Virus record (IMG/VR): IMGVR_UViG_3300037089_000506
Source of the DNA: a virus
DNA: 64,000 bases
Strand: one strand, 5' to 3'
Notes under the pieces: generated by a model
Database searches by the model: none
The model's input: only the letters and a program-made list of their open reading frames with translations
What the model was told of the DNA's origin: nothing
Program-made: the position numbers and the translations under genes
In this document: in pieces, positions 9,201 through 18,218 of the stretch
Layout: the number at the start of each line of letters is the position of its first letter
Numbering within the stretch: the stretch's first letter is position 1

Positions 9201-10367
9201 TTATCTAATTCTTACCCAGTATTTTGTAGGTCTTCCTTCCTTATATGCTTGTAATCCATTCCAGCGCTCTAATATATGATACTCATACCATTTAATTTTA
9301 TGTTCAGCAATGAAAGCAAAAGGTTTACGTTGATTCTTATTAGCATGAAGTAGTTGAGAATTGGCATATTGTAAAACTTCAGGATTAAAGGTAATAACAG
9401 AATTACCTAAAGCATTTTTAGCTACACGTTGTTTAAAGGACACACCTTTGTCCCCAATATGATATTCTTTATTACCATCAACAAAATCCTTAGTGTAAAA
9501 AATAGCAAAAACTTTCGTATTCTTATGAATTATAGACTTTTGATTAAACTTTTTTCCAAGTTCAATTGATTCATCTAGGGGCATACCTAAAATAAAGTAT
9601 GAAAACTCTGGGGCATTATCATATACAGCCGCCTGTTCAATATAGCCATATCCCTCTCCTTTTAGATAAAGTTTTAATTTTTCTCCTGCTTCTAAATCCA
9701 GTTTTAGCGCATCTTCTTTACTAATATCAGATTTACCCTCATCTAGGTTCCAGCCATTTATCTTATTTATTCCTCTACAACCAGAAACTATACTGAACAT
9801 AGTACCATTTTCTATATGCTTAATAATAGTACTATAAGAAGATTCTTTTACTTTAGATTCTTCCATTAAGAAATTTTGTATCCCTCCTGACTGGAAGTCA
9901 TATAAATCTCTATAGTCGTCTTCATATCCTAAAATAATTGCCTCATCATGATATCCCATGACTTTTTTATCTAAAGCCCAATTAACAAAGTCTCTCAAAT
10001 TCTCTTTTCTAAGCTTTACTCTATCACATTGAATAGACCAATAGTCTCTAGGTTTAATATAATGACGCACCCTGATCCAGCCATCCTGAGCAACAAGTTT
10101 TATTATTTCTTCTCGTGCCTTTCCTTCACGAGTAGCCGCAGTTTGAAACTCTTCTCCATTTTTATTAAATATAGATTTTATCTCATCTATAGTAAGATTA
10201 AATAAATCTGGATGTTCAACAATAAACTGGATATGATGGCTACCGGATACTTCATATACTGTAGTTCCATGCGCCCAGTAACCCCCCATTAATGTAGCCT
10301 CGGGAAACTCTGAGGGTCCTATATACTCCATTGAGTGGAAATCCGATAAAATGTCTTTTATGTTCAT
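9201..10367 (-). CDS. Two-domain protein; C-terminal half DUF3293-like
   Basis: The N-half matches 8698..9186. The C-half has FSIVS...GYGY...EFSY...LGKKFNQKSII. Confidence 0.55.
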   Translation of the reverse strand: MNIKDILSDFHSMEYIGPSEFPEATLMGGYWAHGTTVYEVSGSHHIQFIVEHPDLFNLTIDEIKSIFNKNGEEFQTAATREGKAREEIIKLVAQDGWIRVRHYIKPRDYWSIQCDRVKLRKENLRDFVNWALDKKVMGYHDEAIILGYEDDYRDLYDFQSGGIQNFLMEESKVKESSYSTIIKHIENGTMFSIVSGCRGINKINGWNLDEGKSDISKEDALKLDLEAGEKLKLYLKGEGYGYIEQAAVYDNAPEFSYFILGMPLDESIELGKKFNQKSIIHKNTKVFAIFYTKDFVDGNKEYHIGDKGVSFKQRVAKNALGNSVITFNPEVLQYANSQLLHANKNQRKPFAFIAEHKIKWYEYHILERWNGLQAYKEGRPTKYWVRIR

Positions 10368-10903
10368 AATACAGCCTTTGGTATAACAAAAAGAATAGTA
10401 TGACTGCTATTATCTTTTACTAATACCGATTGTTGCTTAAAGGAACGGGCTATCTCAGCCCCAATAACACAAACTAAGTCAAAAGGAATATCAATGATTT
10501 CTATTGAAAGAGAGTTTTCATCATATAAATACCCATCTTGAGCTTTATACTTCCCCTTGAATAGCTTACCTATAGAATAACCAAACACTTCAGGATGCTT
10601 CAAATTTTGATTTATCCTGTTAGTGATAGACTCCCATGCACCCATTAATGCCTTCTTCATAGGAGAAGCGTCAGGGTACTGCTGTTCTATTTGAGCATTT
10701 ACATCTACAGCAAATACAATAATGCCACCATTATAAGTAGGAGCAGCAGTTTCATAAGGTTGCTCATTTCCTACCTCTGTAAAGTTAGACAAAATATTAT
10801 GAAGAAAAATAGTTCCATTCCAGCGAGTAGCCTCTATCCAGCCTACTGTTGGACTATAGGTTGAGAAGGTAAACTCTTTCTTTAAAATATCTAATAATTT
10901 CAC
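10364..10903 (-). CDS. DUF3293-like hypothetical protein
   Basis: GYSI...ENSLSIEI...IARSFKQQSVLV, the same ExS...QxS(V/I)L pattern. Confidence 0.45.
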   Translation of the reverse strand: MKLLDILKKEFTFSTYSPTVGWIEATRWNGTIFLHNILSNFTEVGNEQPYETAAPTYNGGIIVFAVDVNAQIEQQYPDASPMKKALMGAWESITNRINQNLKHPEVFGYSIGKLFKGKYKAQDGYLYDENSLSIEIIDIPFDLVCVIGAEIARSFKQQSVLVKDNSSHTILFVIPKAVL

Positions 10904-10934
10904 TCTAATTCTCGCTATGACTATACATCTCAGC

Positions 10935-11008
10935 AGCCATTTCCAGGACTTGAACCCGGCACATCAGCATTACAGGTGCTGCGCTCTAACCAGATGAGCT
11001 AAAATGGC
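10935..11008 (-). tRNA. tRNA-Thr(UGU) with atypical C33; CCA not encoded
   Basis: Acceptor GCCATTT/AAATGGC, D-arm GCTC/GAGC, anticodon arm CAGCA-CCTGTAA-TGCTG, T-arm CCGGG-TTCAAGT-CCTGG. Confidence 0.9.
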
Positions 11009-11020
11009 ATTTACATTATT

Positions 11021-11049
11021 AGTGTAAACTAGAACTTCACTATTGTCAA
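11021..11049 (-). promoter_or_regulatory. Sigma70-type promoter for the tRNA
   Basis: TTGACA-N17-TACACT ending 12 nt before the tRNA 5' end. Confidence 0.7.
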
Positions 11050-11056
11050 TACCCTA

Positions 11057-12025
11057 TTAATTAGTCATATAACTTTCTGCTAAATCTAGTATAGATTTAT
11101 CATATTGAGCATCCTTCTTCCAGAACGCAAATAATTTAGCATTAGTGAACTCTTCCTTATTTCCTAATACGCCTAAATCAGTCAAACCTTCAGTATCTAT
11201 CTCAGCAGAATATAGTGTTTTATGAATATAAATATCTCCATACTGCTCTTGAGCTATCTCGGGCGAAGCGCAATTTTCTATAGTCCAGATTGGATATTTA
11301 GCTTCTACTTCAGGCAGAGGATTAGGAAACCTAACTGTATAGTAATCGCATAGAGTAGGCAAAGGTATAATCTTTTTATTTTCATCAAATACCCAGAAGG
11401 CTCTAGATTTATTAGCCTCGGAAGTAGAATTAGGAACTACAGAACCAATATAATGTTTAGCAGGATTATGCTGGTGCCCTAAACATATATATTTAGCCTT
11501 TATCTTACTTATGTTTACAGTTCTTTCTTTTATATCCATTAGAGAAGTATCAGTAAAATGCCCAAAAAGAATATCACAATCAGTATCTATCTTCTCATAG
11601 TCCTCCCATTTCATTTTCGAATCTGAAAACAGGTAAGGCATAAACAATATATTCTTATTTTCAATAGTAGTCTCAAGTAATTCATCCACTACAGTTATTT
11701 TAGTACGGGAGAACAATCTACTGACAGATTTAGATTGTAAAAACTTATAGCTTAAAACAAGCTTGCCCTGTTTATTTGGTTTTTTATCGTGGTTCCCTAC
11801 TAATACATATACCTCTTTATAGTTCAGATTGGAGAATAAAATTAATAATAAATCAGTAATGAGCCCCGAGGGGAATGCAGTCTCAGTCAAGTCCCCTAGT
11901 AATACTAGTGTATTCTCCTTGACATTATACTCACTATCAATAATAGTTTTTATTATTTCCTTGGATACATTATAAGACCAAGACCGGGCATCTGAGCAAT
12001 GCAAATCTCCCCAGGCTACTATCAT
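11057..12025 (-). CDS. SbcD/Mre11/gp47-like metallophosphoesterase nuclease
   Basis: WGDLH, LGD, GNHD, FGHF and LGHQH motifs. An SbcC partner is at 22688. Confidence 0.8.
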   Translation of the reverse strand: MIVAWGDLHCSDARSWSYNVSKEIIKTIIDSEYNVKENTLVLLGDLTETAFPSGLITDLLLILFSNLNYKEVYVLVGNHDKKPNKQGKLVLSYKFLQSKSVSRLFSRTKITVVDELLETTIENKNILFMPYLFSDSKMKWEDYEKIDTDCDILFGHFTDTSLMDIKERTVNISKIKAKYICLGHQHNPAKHYIGSVVPNSTSEANKSRAFWVFDENKKIIPLPTLCDYYTVRFPNPLPEVEAKYPIWTIENCASPEIAQEQYGDIYIHKTLYSAEIDTEGLTDLGVLGNKEEFTNAKLFAFWKKDAQYDKSILDLAESYMTN

Positions 12026-12127
12026 TATGCATTCCTATAAAACCAATTGAGTATAATTTTTTGTATCCAGTTTGGTTTTACTTTATATTTAATGACAAGC
12101 CAATCATTCAACTTAATCTCTGTTTTC

Positions 12128-12679
12128 TTAGCCAATTACTTCCTCCACAATAATATTATTATTAGTATAAATACAGATTTCAGAGGCTATTTCTAAAGAT
12201 TTACGTGCAATTAGACTAGCATTTTCTGGAATATCAAAAGCATTATAAGCATACATTAATGCTTTTGAAGCAGCTAGAGCATATTGTCCTCCAGAGCCAA
12301 TAGCAAGACTATTATTTTCAGCTTCAATGACATCTCCTGATCCGGAAAGAAGAAGAATATTATCCTTATCTGCTAAAAGCAATTCTGCTTCTAGTTTACC
12401 AAATATTCTATTTGTCCTCCATTCTTTAGCTAAAGCTACAGCAGCACGTTCCATGTTTTTAGTAGTATTTATTTTCTTTTCAAAGAAATCTAATAGTGAG
12501 GTAGCGTCAGCTACACTACCAGCAAAGCCTACTATAATTTTTCCATCAAGGAACTTCCTGATTTTACGTACATTAGATTTTAACACTATATCTCCAGCAG
12601 TAGCCTGTCCATCAGCAGCCATAGTGGTACGCCCATTATAGCGTACTGCTAGTATTGTAGTTCCATGTAATTTTATCAT
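12128..12679 (-). CDS. hslV: HslV (ClpQ) threonine protease subunit
   Basis: HG|TTILAV propeptide and catalytic Thr, ADGQ, RKIRK, GFAGSVADA, IGSGG and CIYTN. Confidence 0.95.
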   Translation of the reverse strand: MIKLHGTTILAVRYNGRTTMAADGQATAGDIVLKSNVRKIRKFLDGKIIVGFAGSVADATSLLDFFEKKINTTKNMERAAVALAKEWRTNRIFGKLEAELLLADKDNILLLSGSGDVIEAENNSLAIGSGGQYALAASKALMYAYNAFDIPENASLIARKSLEIASEICIYTNNNIIVEEVIG

Positions 12680-13893
12680 AGTATAGACTCCTCAGTATTC
12701 TTCACTTCTTTTCCCCTATTGGCATTGTCAAGTACAGAATTAATAATTTTCATGATAGCCTCATCCCCAATATGAGTATCCTCTATCTTTTCCTGCTGTA
12801 GCCAGAACTCCTGAATACGAATATTATCTACAATAGCCTTCAACATAGCATAAGAGATGGCAGCATTCTTCTTTTTCAAGTATATCAAAATCATCCCATG
12901 ATTAGTATACTCGGAAAGATATGTTTGTAAGAATTTTCTTTGACTCTCTTCTGTAGGAGGCTCAAAGGTAATAACCTTATCAATACGTCCGGGGCGCATC
13001 AAGGCAGAATCAAATGTAGAGATAAAGTTCGTAGTAAGGATAAAAACAGCATTAGATACATCTTCAATGCCATCTAAGATTTGTAATAGGGTTCCCAAAA
13101 CATTATTAGAATTGGTTTGTTCCCTATCATCATCTTCATTGTGTTTTCGTTCTTGTACATAAGTATCAAACTCCTCGAATACAAGGATTCGCTTATTTTG
13201 ATTATCTCCCTCTTGATTCTCTAAAAAGTCTCGTGCAGATTTATACGCTCTAAATTCAATTTTATTTTGTATAGCTTGGGACTTTAACCAAGCTAAAGAA
13301 AGGGTCTTGCCATTCCCAGGGGGACCGGAAAAAATAAATCCTCTTTTCTGTTTGATAGAGTACTGCTTACAGAACTTGGCAAAATCCTCATTAATAAGAA
13401 AGTCTAGGATATCTTTTTTAAGCATATCTAAAGGCAAATCAATCAGAGGTGCATGGATAGCGGTGTTTATTTTATTGTCTTTAAGCTGTTTAGCTGCTAA
13501 AATTATATCTTTGATTATATCATTAGGAGCGAGGATAATATCATGTGAGTCCCCCACAAATAAAGGAGTGATTATTTTTAAAAACTTCATCCCCTTAATA
13601 AAACAACGATTTACTTCAGAAAGGATAATGGAATCAAGAAGATTATCATTGTAATCAAAATGGGCATGGATAGTTATAGAGGGGCTTTCCGTTTCAACAC
13701 CCGAACGAATAGGATACATTCCATCTTTATTAAGTTGTACCCCCACATCCTCTTCAATAGGTTCAATTACCTCCGCATAATCTTCGGAATCTGCCAGAAA
13801 GGCGATGCCAAAGTCAGTGACACCAGGGAATTCTTTTTGAATAAGTTTGCCATACAAATTCAATACATAGTAGCCAGGATCATTATTCGCCAT
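12676..13893 (-). CDS. Single-domain classic-clade AAA ATPase (BCS1/FtsH-like; not HslU)
   Basis: GPPGNGKT, VFEEFD, LQILDG and TTN...DSALMRPGRIDK (second region of homology). Its stop overlaps the hslV start (ATGA). Confidence 0.85.
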   Translation of the reverse strand: MANNDPGYYVLNLYGKLIQKEFPGVTDFGIAFLADSEDYAEVIEPIEEDVGVQLNKDGMYPIRSGVETESPSITIHAHFDYNDNLLDSIILSEVNRCFIKGMKFLKIITPLFVGDSHDIILAPNDIIKDIILAAKQLKDNKINTAIHAPLIDLPLDMLKKDILDFLINEDFAKFCKQYSIKQKRGFIFSGPPGNGKTLSLAWLKSQAIQNKIEFRAYKSARDFLENQEGDNQNKRILVFEEFDTYVQERKHNEDDDREQTNSNNVLGTLLQILDGIEDVSNAVFILTTNFISTFDSALMRPGRIDKVITFEPPTEESQRKFLQTYLSEYTNHGMILIYLKKKNAAISYAMLKAIVDNIRIQEFWLQQEKIEDTHIGDEAIMKIINSVLDNANRGKEVKNTEESIL

Positions 13894-13911
13894 TTGTGCT
13901 TCCTTTATTAT

Positions 13912-13940
13912 AGTATACTAAACTTCTTAAAAAATGTCAA
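13912..13940 (-). promoter_or_regulatory. Sigma70-type promoter of the AAA-hslV operon
   Basis: TTGACA-N17-TATACT. Confidence 0.75.
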
Positions 13941-14161
13941 TACCCCATACCCCCAGCCTCAGAATCTTTACAAAGAGAGTCCTTTAGAGTTTTGAAACCT
14001 TTCCCTGTAGCCAGTTCTACTTTTATAGGAAATGACCTGCTATGATTAGCATGATTCTGTGCCCAAAAATAATCATGAATACTATATTCATCACTAAAGT
14101 GCCCCCACATAGCAGTACTAGAAAATAATGATGCTCTTACTAATCTAGTAAATATTACCAT
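13937..14161 (-). CDS. Hypothetical protein
   Basis: Downstream of the promoter at 14236..14264. Confidence 0.5.
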   Translation of the reverse strand: MVIFTRLVRASLFSSTAMWGHFSDEYSIHDYFWAQNHANHSRSFPIKVELATGKGFKTLKDSLCKDSEAGGMGY

Positions 14162-14406
14162 ATTGAAGTATCCTTCCAGAATCGTGACTCAGTGATTATT
14201 CTGGTATTTATATAGAGTTCTTCCTTACCAAAACTATCATAGCATACTCTGTGTTTTATGTCAAGACTAGTATAAACTAAATTCTCATTCTGGACTAATG
14301 TATAATCCTTCTTTATTTTATTACGTATAATCTTATCAAAAATAAATTCAGTTTCCATATGAGTTCCTATTATAAATAGGATACTTTTCATAATAATAAG
14401 CACCAA
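14155..14406 (-). CDS. Hypothetical protein
   Basis: Co-directional ORF filling the gap. Confidence 0.35.
   Translation of the reverse strand: MVLIIMKSILFIIGTHMETEFIFDKIIRNKIKKDYTLVQNENLVYTSLDIKHRVCYDSFGKEELYINTRIITESRFWKDTSIW
14236..14264 (-). promoter_or_regulatory. Sigma70-type promoter with extended -10
   Basis: TTGACA-N17-TATGAT preceded by TGC. Confidence 0.6.
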
Positions 14407-14685
14407 TATGAACAGAGAGGGGGCTTCTATTTATATGAGAGAATGTAAACAAACCTAATTTTAGACATTTATGATTCATTTTAGAAGAGGTATTAAAAAC
14501 TAATAAATTTCTGTAAATATTATTTTTCATATATTTTTCCTAATGGAAAGGAAACAATGATTACTACTTACTTTTATCCAGGGATACCTTATAATATAAG
14601 AATGTCTTAAAACGTCAGATGCTTTTTGTAGAGGAGTAAAAGGGCATACCTTGAAGTATATAGGAAGACATCCTTTTCCAATCAT

Positions 14686-14901
14686 TTAATAATCCTCGAT
14701 TACTTTAGCAGCGGTCCAAAAACACCGTATAATTTTAAGATGCTTTTGAGACACAAAAAATCTACGAGTTGCTAGAAATTGTCTAGTATAAAACTTATTT
14801 TCATCATCTCTATGATATTCATCTATAGCATGAGCATTAAGAATTTTTTTATATATACTATCAGAAATATATTCTACTCGATGTGTTCGTTTTTGTATCA
14901 T
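14686..14901 (-). CDS. Hypothetical protein
   Basis: ATGA overlap with the exonuclease gene. Confidence 0.45.
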   Translation of the reverse strand: MIQKRTHRVEYISDSIYKKILNAHAIDEYHRDDENKFYTRQFLATRRFFVSQKHLKIIRCFWTAAKVIEDY

Positions 14902-15851
14902 GGGTTCACCCGAGGCATAGTAACCCCAAATTGAAATTCATCTGGATCTTCACCATACACTTTTTTACGCATAGTCTTCAACATAGCTGAAGAGTTTCTC
15001 CCTGTAGTGAAAATAGCGTTAAAATGGTTTTCAGCCACAGGTATAGCCACTAACATTTGATATGCTAATCTAATATCTGCTTCTCTATCTTTTATCATAA
15101 CAACAAAAGGACTTGTTGTAATATTATTACTAGCATTCAACATAAAATCTTGAACATCATCAAAGTGTTCTACAATATACTTCTTTAGTTCTGGCTTTAA
15201 GTCAGGGAATACAGCATCAATATGGTCTGCTTGGTCCCCCCATAATATCTTATTTAAGATTATCTTTCCTTCTAATGGTTCGTATCCATTCTTCTCTATG
15301 AAACCTTGTCTATCAAGGGGATTCCAATACAAATCTGGAAGAGTATGAACAGTTTCTGACATATATCTGCACCAATCAGAATCATTAGAAATTAAAAGAG
15401 TAGTACCTAAACATTTTTCCAAACAACGAGGAATTAAATCATCAGCTTCAAGATTGGGAATATGCGCAGTATGATATTCTTTAGTTTGTATAAGGTAGTA
15501 ATATCGCACTACATCTAATGTATTATAGAATTCCATCTTTTGTCTAATACGAGTAGATTTATACTCCTTATTTACTTTACGCCTATTATCGCTTTCTTTC
15601 AAAGGGCGAAGAAGCCTATTAAGTTCATCCCTACTCTCATAATTGTCAAAAAGGAATATTATTTGTCCATTTTCATCTAGAAATTTATTCTTTAATATTT
15701 CTACTGTCTCAATAAAGTTTTTTAGGAAAAATCTATAAACTCTTTTGTCCTGGAAAGTAATGATTTCGGATATATTTTCTTTTACATGTTGAGTATTATT
15801 AAAAATAATATATCCGGTATTTACAGCATCAAAAATAAGATTATTATACAT
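14898..15851 (-). CDS. 5'-3' exonuclease / flap endonuclease (T4 RNase H-like)
   Basis: LIFD, FLFD, RRKVNKEYKSTR, EADDLI, ISNDSDW and ILWGDQAD. Confidence 0.8.
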   Translation of the reverse strand: MYNNLIFDAVNTGYIIFNNTQHVKENISEIITFQDKRVYRFFLKNFIETVEILKNKFLDENGQIIFLFDNYESRDELNRLLRPLKESDNRRKVNKEYKSTRIRQKMEFYNTLDVVRYYYLIQTKEYHTAHIPNLEADDLIPRCLEKCLGTTLLISNDSDWCRYMSETVHTLPDLYWNPLDRQGFIEKNGYEPLEGKIILNKILWGDQADHIDAVFPDLKPELKKYIVEHFDDVQDFMLNASNNITTSPFVVMIKDREADIRLAYQMLVAIPVAENHFNAIFTTGRNSSAMLKTMRKKVYGEDPDEFQFGVTMPRVNP

Positions 15852-16026
15852 TTTTTATCCTATTATATGACAATGAATAAAAACGTTGAAAATTACTACT
15901 TATTTTAAAATATCGTAATTTAAGGGGATAATCAGAAGTTATATGCATAATATGTCTAGCATTAATTATATTTTTAGTTTTAATGAGAAGATGCCCAAAT
16001 TGATTTATATCCTTATAGAGTACCAT
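15844..16026 (-). CDS. Hypothetical protein
   Basis: Follows the promoter at 16033..16061. Confidence 0.4.
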   Translation of the reverse strand: MVLYKDINQFGHLLIKTKNIINARHIMHITSDYPLKLRYFKISSNFQRFYSLSYNRIKNV

Positions 16027-16032
16027 AAGAAG

Positions 16033-16061
16033 ATGGTATTCTATTTTTAGATAAATGTCAA
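16033..16061 (-). promoter_or_regulatory. Sigma70-type promoter
   Basis: TTGACA-N17-TACCAT. Confidence 0.6.
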
Positions 16062-16208
16062 CTACTCTATCATACGAGTCAGAACACGATAGGATTGTTC
16101 GTCCTCCTGGATAAGACGAATATTCTTGTCTTTCTTCTTCTCCTCTAACTCTTGAGGGGTTACAGGGACTCCATTAATCTTTATCACTACTTCCTTCAAT
16201 TCTTCCAT
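16062..16208 (-). CDS. Small hypothetical protein (48 aa), missed by the ORF track
   Basis: Reads MEELKEVVIKINGVPVTPQELEE...RVLTRMIE and fills the gap exactly. Confidence 0.55.
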   Translation of the reverse strand: MEELKEVVIKINGVPVTPQELEEKKKDKNIRLIQEDEQSYRVLTRMIE

Positions 16209-16578
16209 CTTCTTTCTCCTTCAATTTATTTAGTAAAGATTCATACATTTGGGTGCCAATGATTCGCTCCCACCATACTCTTTTTTCCTCTTTTGTAATA
16301 GGATTACCATCAATAGGACATCGCATTGTATCTAAACATTCATGGCTATACCTATTTAATTTTACTATATTATTAATGTCATATATAAGTTTAGGGTAAG
16401 AGCCTACTCCGAATACATGAGCTGGGTCAAATCGATTAAGCATAATACCAGCATTTTTTTGTAGAATAAGGAACTCTACTGCTGTTAGAACTTGTATTAC
16501 TCTACAACTCTTATCCCGAGCAAAGACAATTTTTTTGGCTTCTTGCCATTGCTCATCATCTTTATCTCTACGCATCAC
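16174..16578 (-). CDS. HNH-like endonuclease
   Basis: RDKSC...DPAHVF...YDINNIVKLNRYSH. Confidence 0.55.
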   Translation of the reverse strand: MMRRDKDDEQWQEAKKIVFARDKSCRVIQVLTAVEFLILQKNAGIMLNRFDPAHVFGVGSYPKLIYDINNIVKLNRYSHECLDTMRCPIDGNPITKEEKRVWWERIIGTQMYESLLNKLKEKEDGRIEGSSDKD

Positions 16579-17146
16579 TATTCATCTCAGACTTACTTTG
16601 AATTTCATTCATTAACTCACTATTCTTGAAGAAAAAATCAGCCCCTGTATATGAATCTAATCTTCCCTTTCGCATATCAGTAAGAAAAAAAATACAGCTT
16701 CTTTTCATATGATATCTAAATTTTTGATGCGTCTGCAAGTCCTCCACAATAAAGATATCTTTGTATGAAATAACTTTATCTATTAAAAATAAATATTCCT
16801 TTCGTACATATTTTTTTGTAGGTACTTCTACTACAGGGGTACCAGCTATCGCCATCTGAACTTGTTCATCCTTAGTTAAAGGAACCTCTACCCTTTCTAT
16901 TCTAGTAATAATAGGATACCATTTTGCCTTTATGAGGGTTTGTTTTATTCCATAAATAAATGTCTTTATAGGTATAGAAAAGTCCCACTCAAAAGAAAAT
17001 ATATTATCTGTATCCTCATTCAATAGTTCTACTCCTGTAGGAGAAGTAGCATAGGATATCCGCATTGGTGCCTTTTCGGCAAAATTATCCATCTTCCTTC
17101 TAAAGGCTGAGATATACGTTTGTGAGTCGGTTTTTGAACATAACAT
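16568..17146 (-). CDS. Hypothetical protein
   Basis: 192-aa ORF in a co-directional run. Confidence 0.55.
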   Translation of the reverse strand: MLCSKTDSQTYISAFRRKMDNFAEKAPMRISYATSPTGVELLNEDTDNIFSFEWDFSIPIKTFIYGIKQTLIKAKWYPIITRIERVEVPLTKDEQVQMAIAGTPVVEVPTKKYVRKEYLFLIDKVISYKDIFIVEDLQTHQKFRYHMKRSCIFFLTDMRKGRLDSYTGADFFFKNSELMNEIQSKSEMNSDA

Positions 17147-17164
17147 TTATTGCCCCTTTATAAA

Positions 17165-17632
17165 TTAGTTGGCAATAATTATTTTACCATCACCACCTAT
17201 AATACTTTGTTTAGGCTGTGCTCTGCCCTCACCACCTAGAATAGCTTGCTTAGGCTTTGCTTCCTTCTTAGTTATTTTTATTTTAGTTCCTACAAGGTGC
17301 TTATGGATAGCAGAGATATCCTCACTAGCCACAAGTCCTAATCTAACCATATCTTTCCCTAAGAATGCATTCACCCTATTAGTAGAAATTTGTATGATAT
17401 CCCCTACTTCCACTTTACCCCTTACAGCTTCATCAATGTCCTCTGCTAAAGCCAACACTACAAGATAAGGGTTGACTACGATACCAGTGCTCATAGCATC
17501 TTCCTGAACTATGATACCGCCTTTAGTAGTTCGTGTTGTGTCTTTCTCTACTACCTCTACTAATACAGCTCCATTCACAGGCACAGGATCGGCATAGGTC
17601 TTCTCAAAATCCTCTACATTCATTTGTGTCAT
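17165..17632 (-). CDS. GroES/gp31-like co-chaperonin
   Basis: PVNGAVLVE...TKGGIIV (mobile loop) and VEVGDII. Confidence 0.7.
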   Translation of the reverse strand: MTQMNVEDFEKTYADPVPVNGAVLVEVVEKDTTRTTKGGIIVQEDAMSTGIVVNPYLVVLALAEDIDEAVRGKVEVGDIIQISTNRVNAFLGKDMVRLGLVASEDISAIHKHLVGTKIKITKKEAKPKQAILGGEGRAQPKQSIIGGDGKIIIAN

Positions 17633-17905
17633 TTATTCTTCCTCCCCTTTTATAGCTTCATCTTTTTGTATTTCCTTCCCACAAGAACTTCCATCTGAAA
17701 AAATATAATGCTCCATAAAATCCTTATAGCTAACCCAGTTAAATGTCCTTACACTGTCTTCATCTTGAGCCATTACCATAGTCTTAATTACTTTTGGAGG
17801 AAGACCCTCCTGAATCCATGTTCCTATAACTTTACTACCAATAAGATCATCATTAAAATCAAATGGTACTATCATCTTTATCATCTTTATCTCCTTTTTC
17901 TTCAT
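17633..17905 (-). CDS. Hypothetical protein
   Basis: Abuts the GroES-like gene. Confidence 0.5.
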   Translation of the reverse strand: MKKKEIKMIKMIVPFDFNDDLIGSKVIGTWIQEGLPPKVIKTMVMAQDEDSVRTFNWVSYKDFMEHYIFSDGSSCGKEIQKDEAIKGEEE

Positions 17906-18218
17906 CAGGCTCAGAGGTACCTACCGCTCTCCCCCAAGCATCATCCACATGCAGTAAATTATCACATTGAGTATATTCTTCTTGATATACAATAGCATTC
18001 ATATTTCCTGTTGAACCACCATCAGAATCTCGTCTCAATCCCACTAATAACCCAAAATGTTGATCTATTGGAATTGTTTTTAAGAATCCAACTATACAAT
18101 TACAAGTATCATGCCCTGGTGTTATTGATAATACTGTACCTGCTACAATACCATAATTGTAGCCTTTACCAATAACTCTATCTCCTACTACTGCTTCACG
18201 CCCATTTCTATAGTGAAT
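17859..18218 (-). CDS. Hypothetical phage protein of the HYxNGREAxxGD type, with an apparent ATT start
   Basis: AAGGAGG-N6-ATT CAC TAT AGA AAT GGG. The frame is open to 17859 and has an in-frame TAA 15 nt upstream. Confidence 0.6.
   Translation of the reverse strand: MHYRNGREAVVGDRVIGKGYNYGIVAGTVLSITPGHDTCNCIVGFLKTIPIDQHFGLLVGLRRDSDGGSTGNMNAIVYQEEYTQCDNLLHVDDAWGRAVGTSEPDEEKGDKDDKDDSTI

Noticed and set aside
12676-13893. Calling the AAA ATPase hslU
   Set aside because: It lacks the HslU I-domain and GYVG pore motif and has a classic-AAA second region of homology instead.
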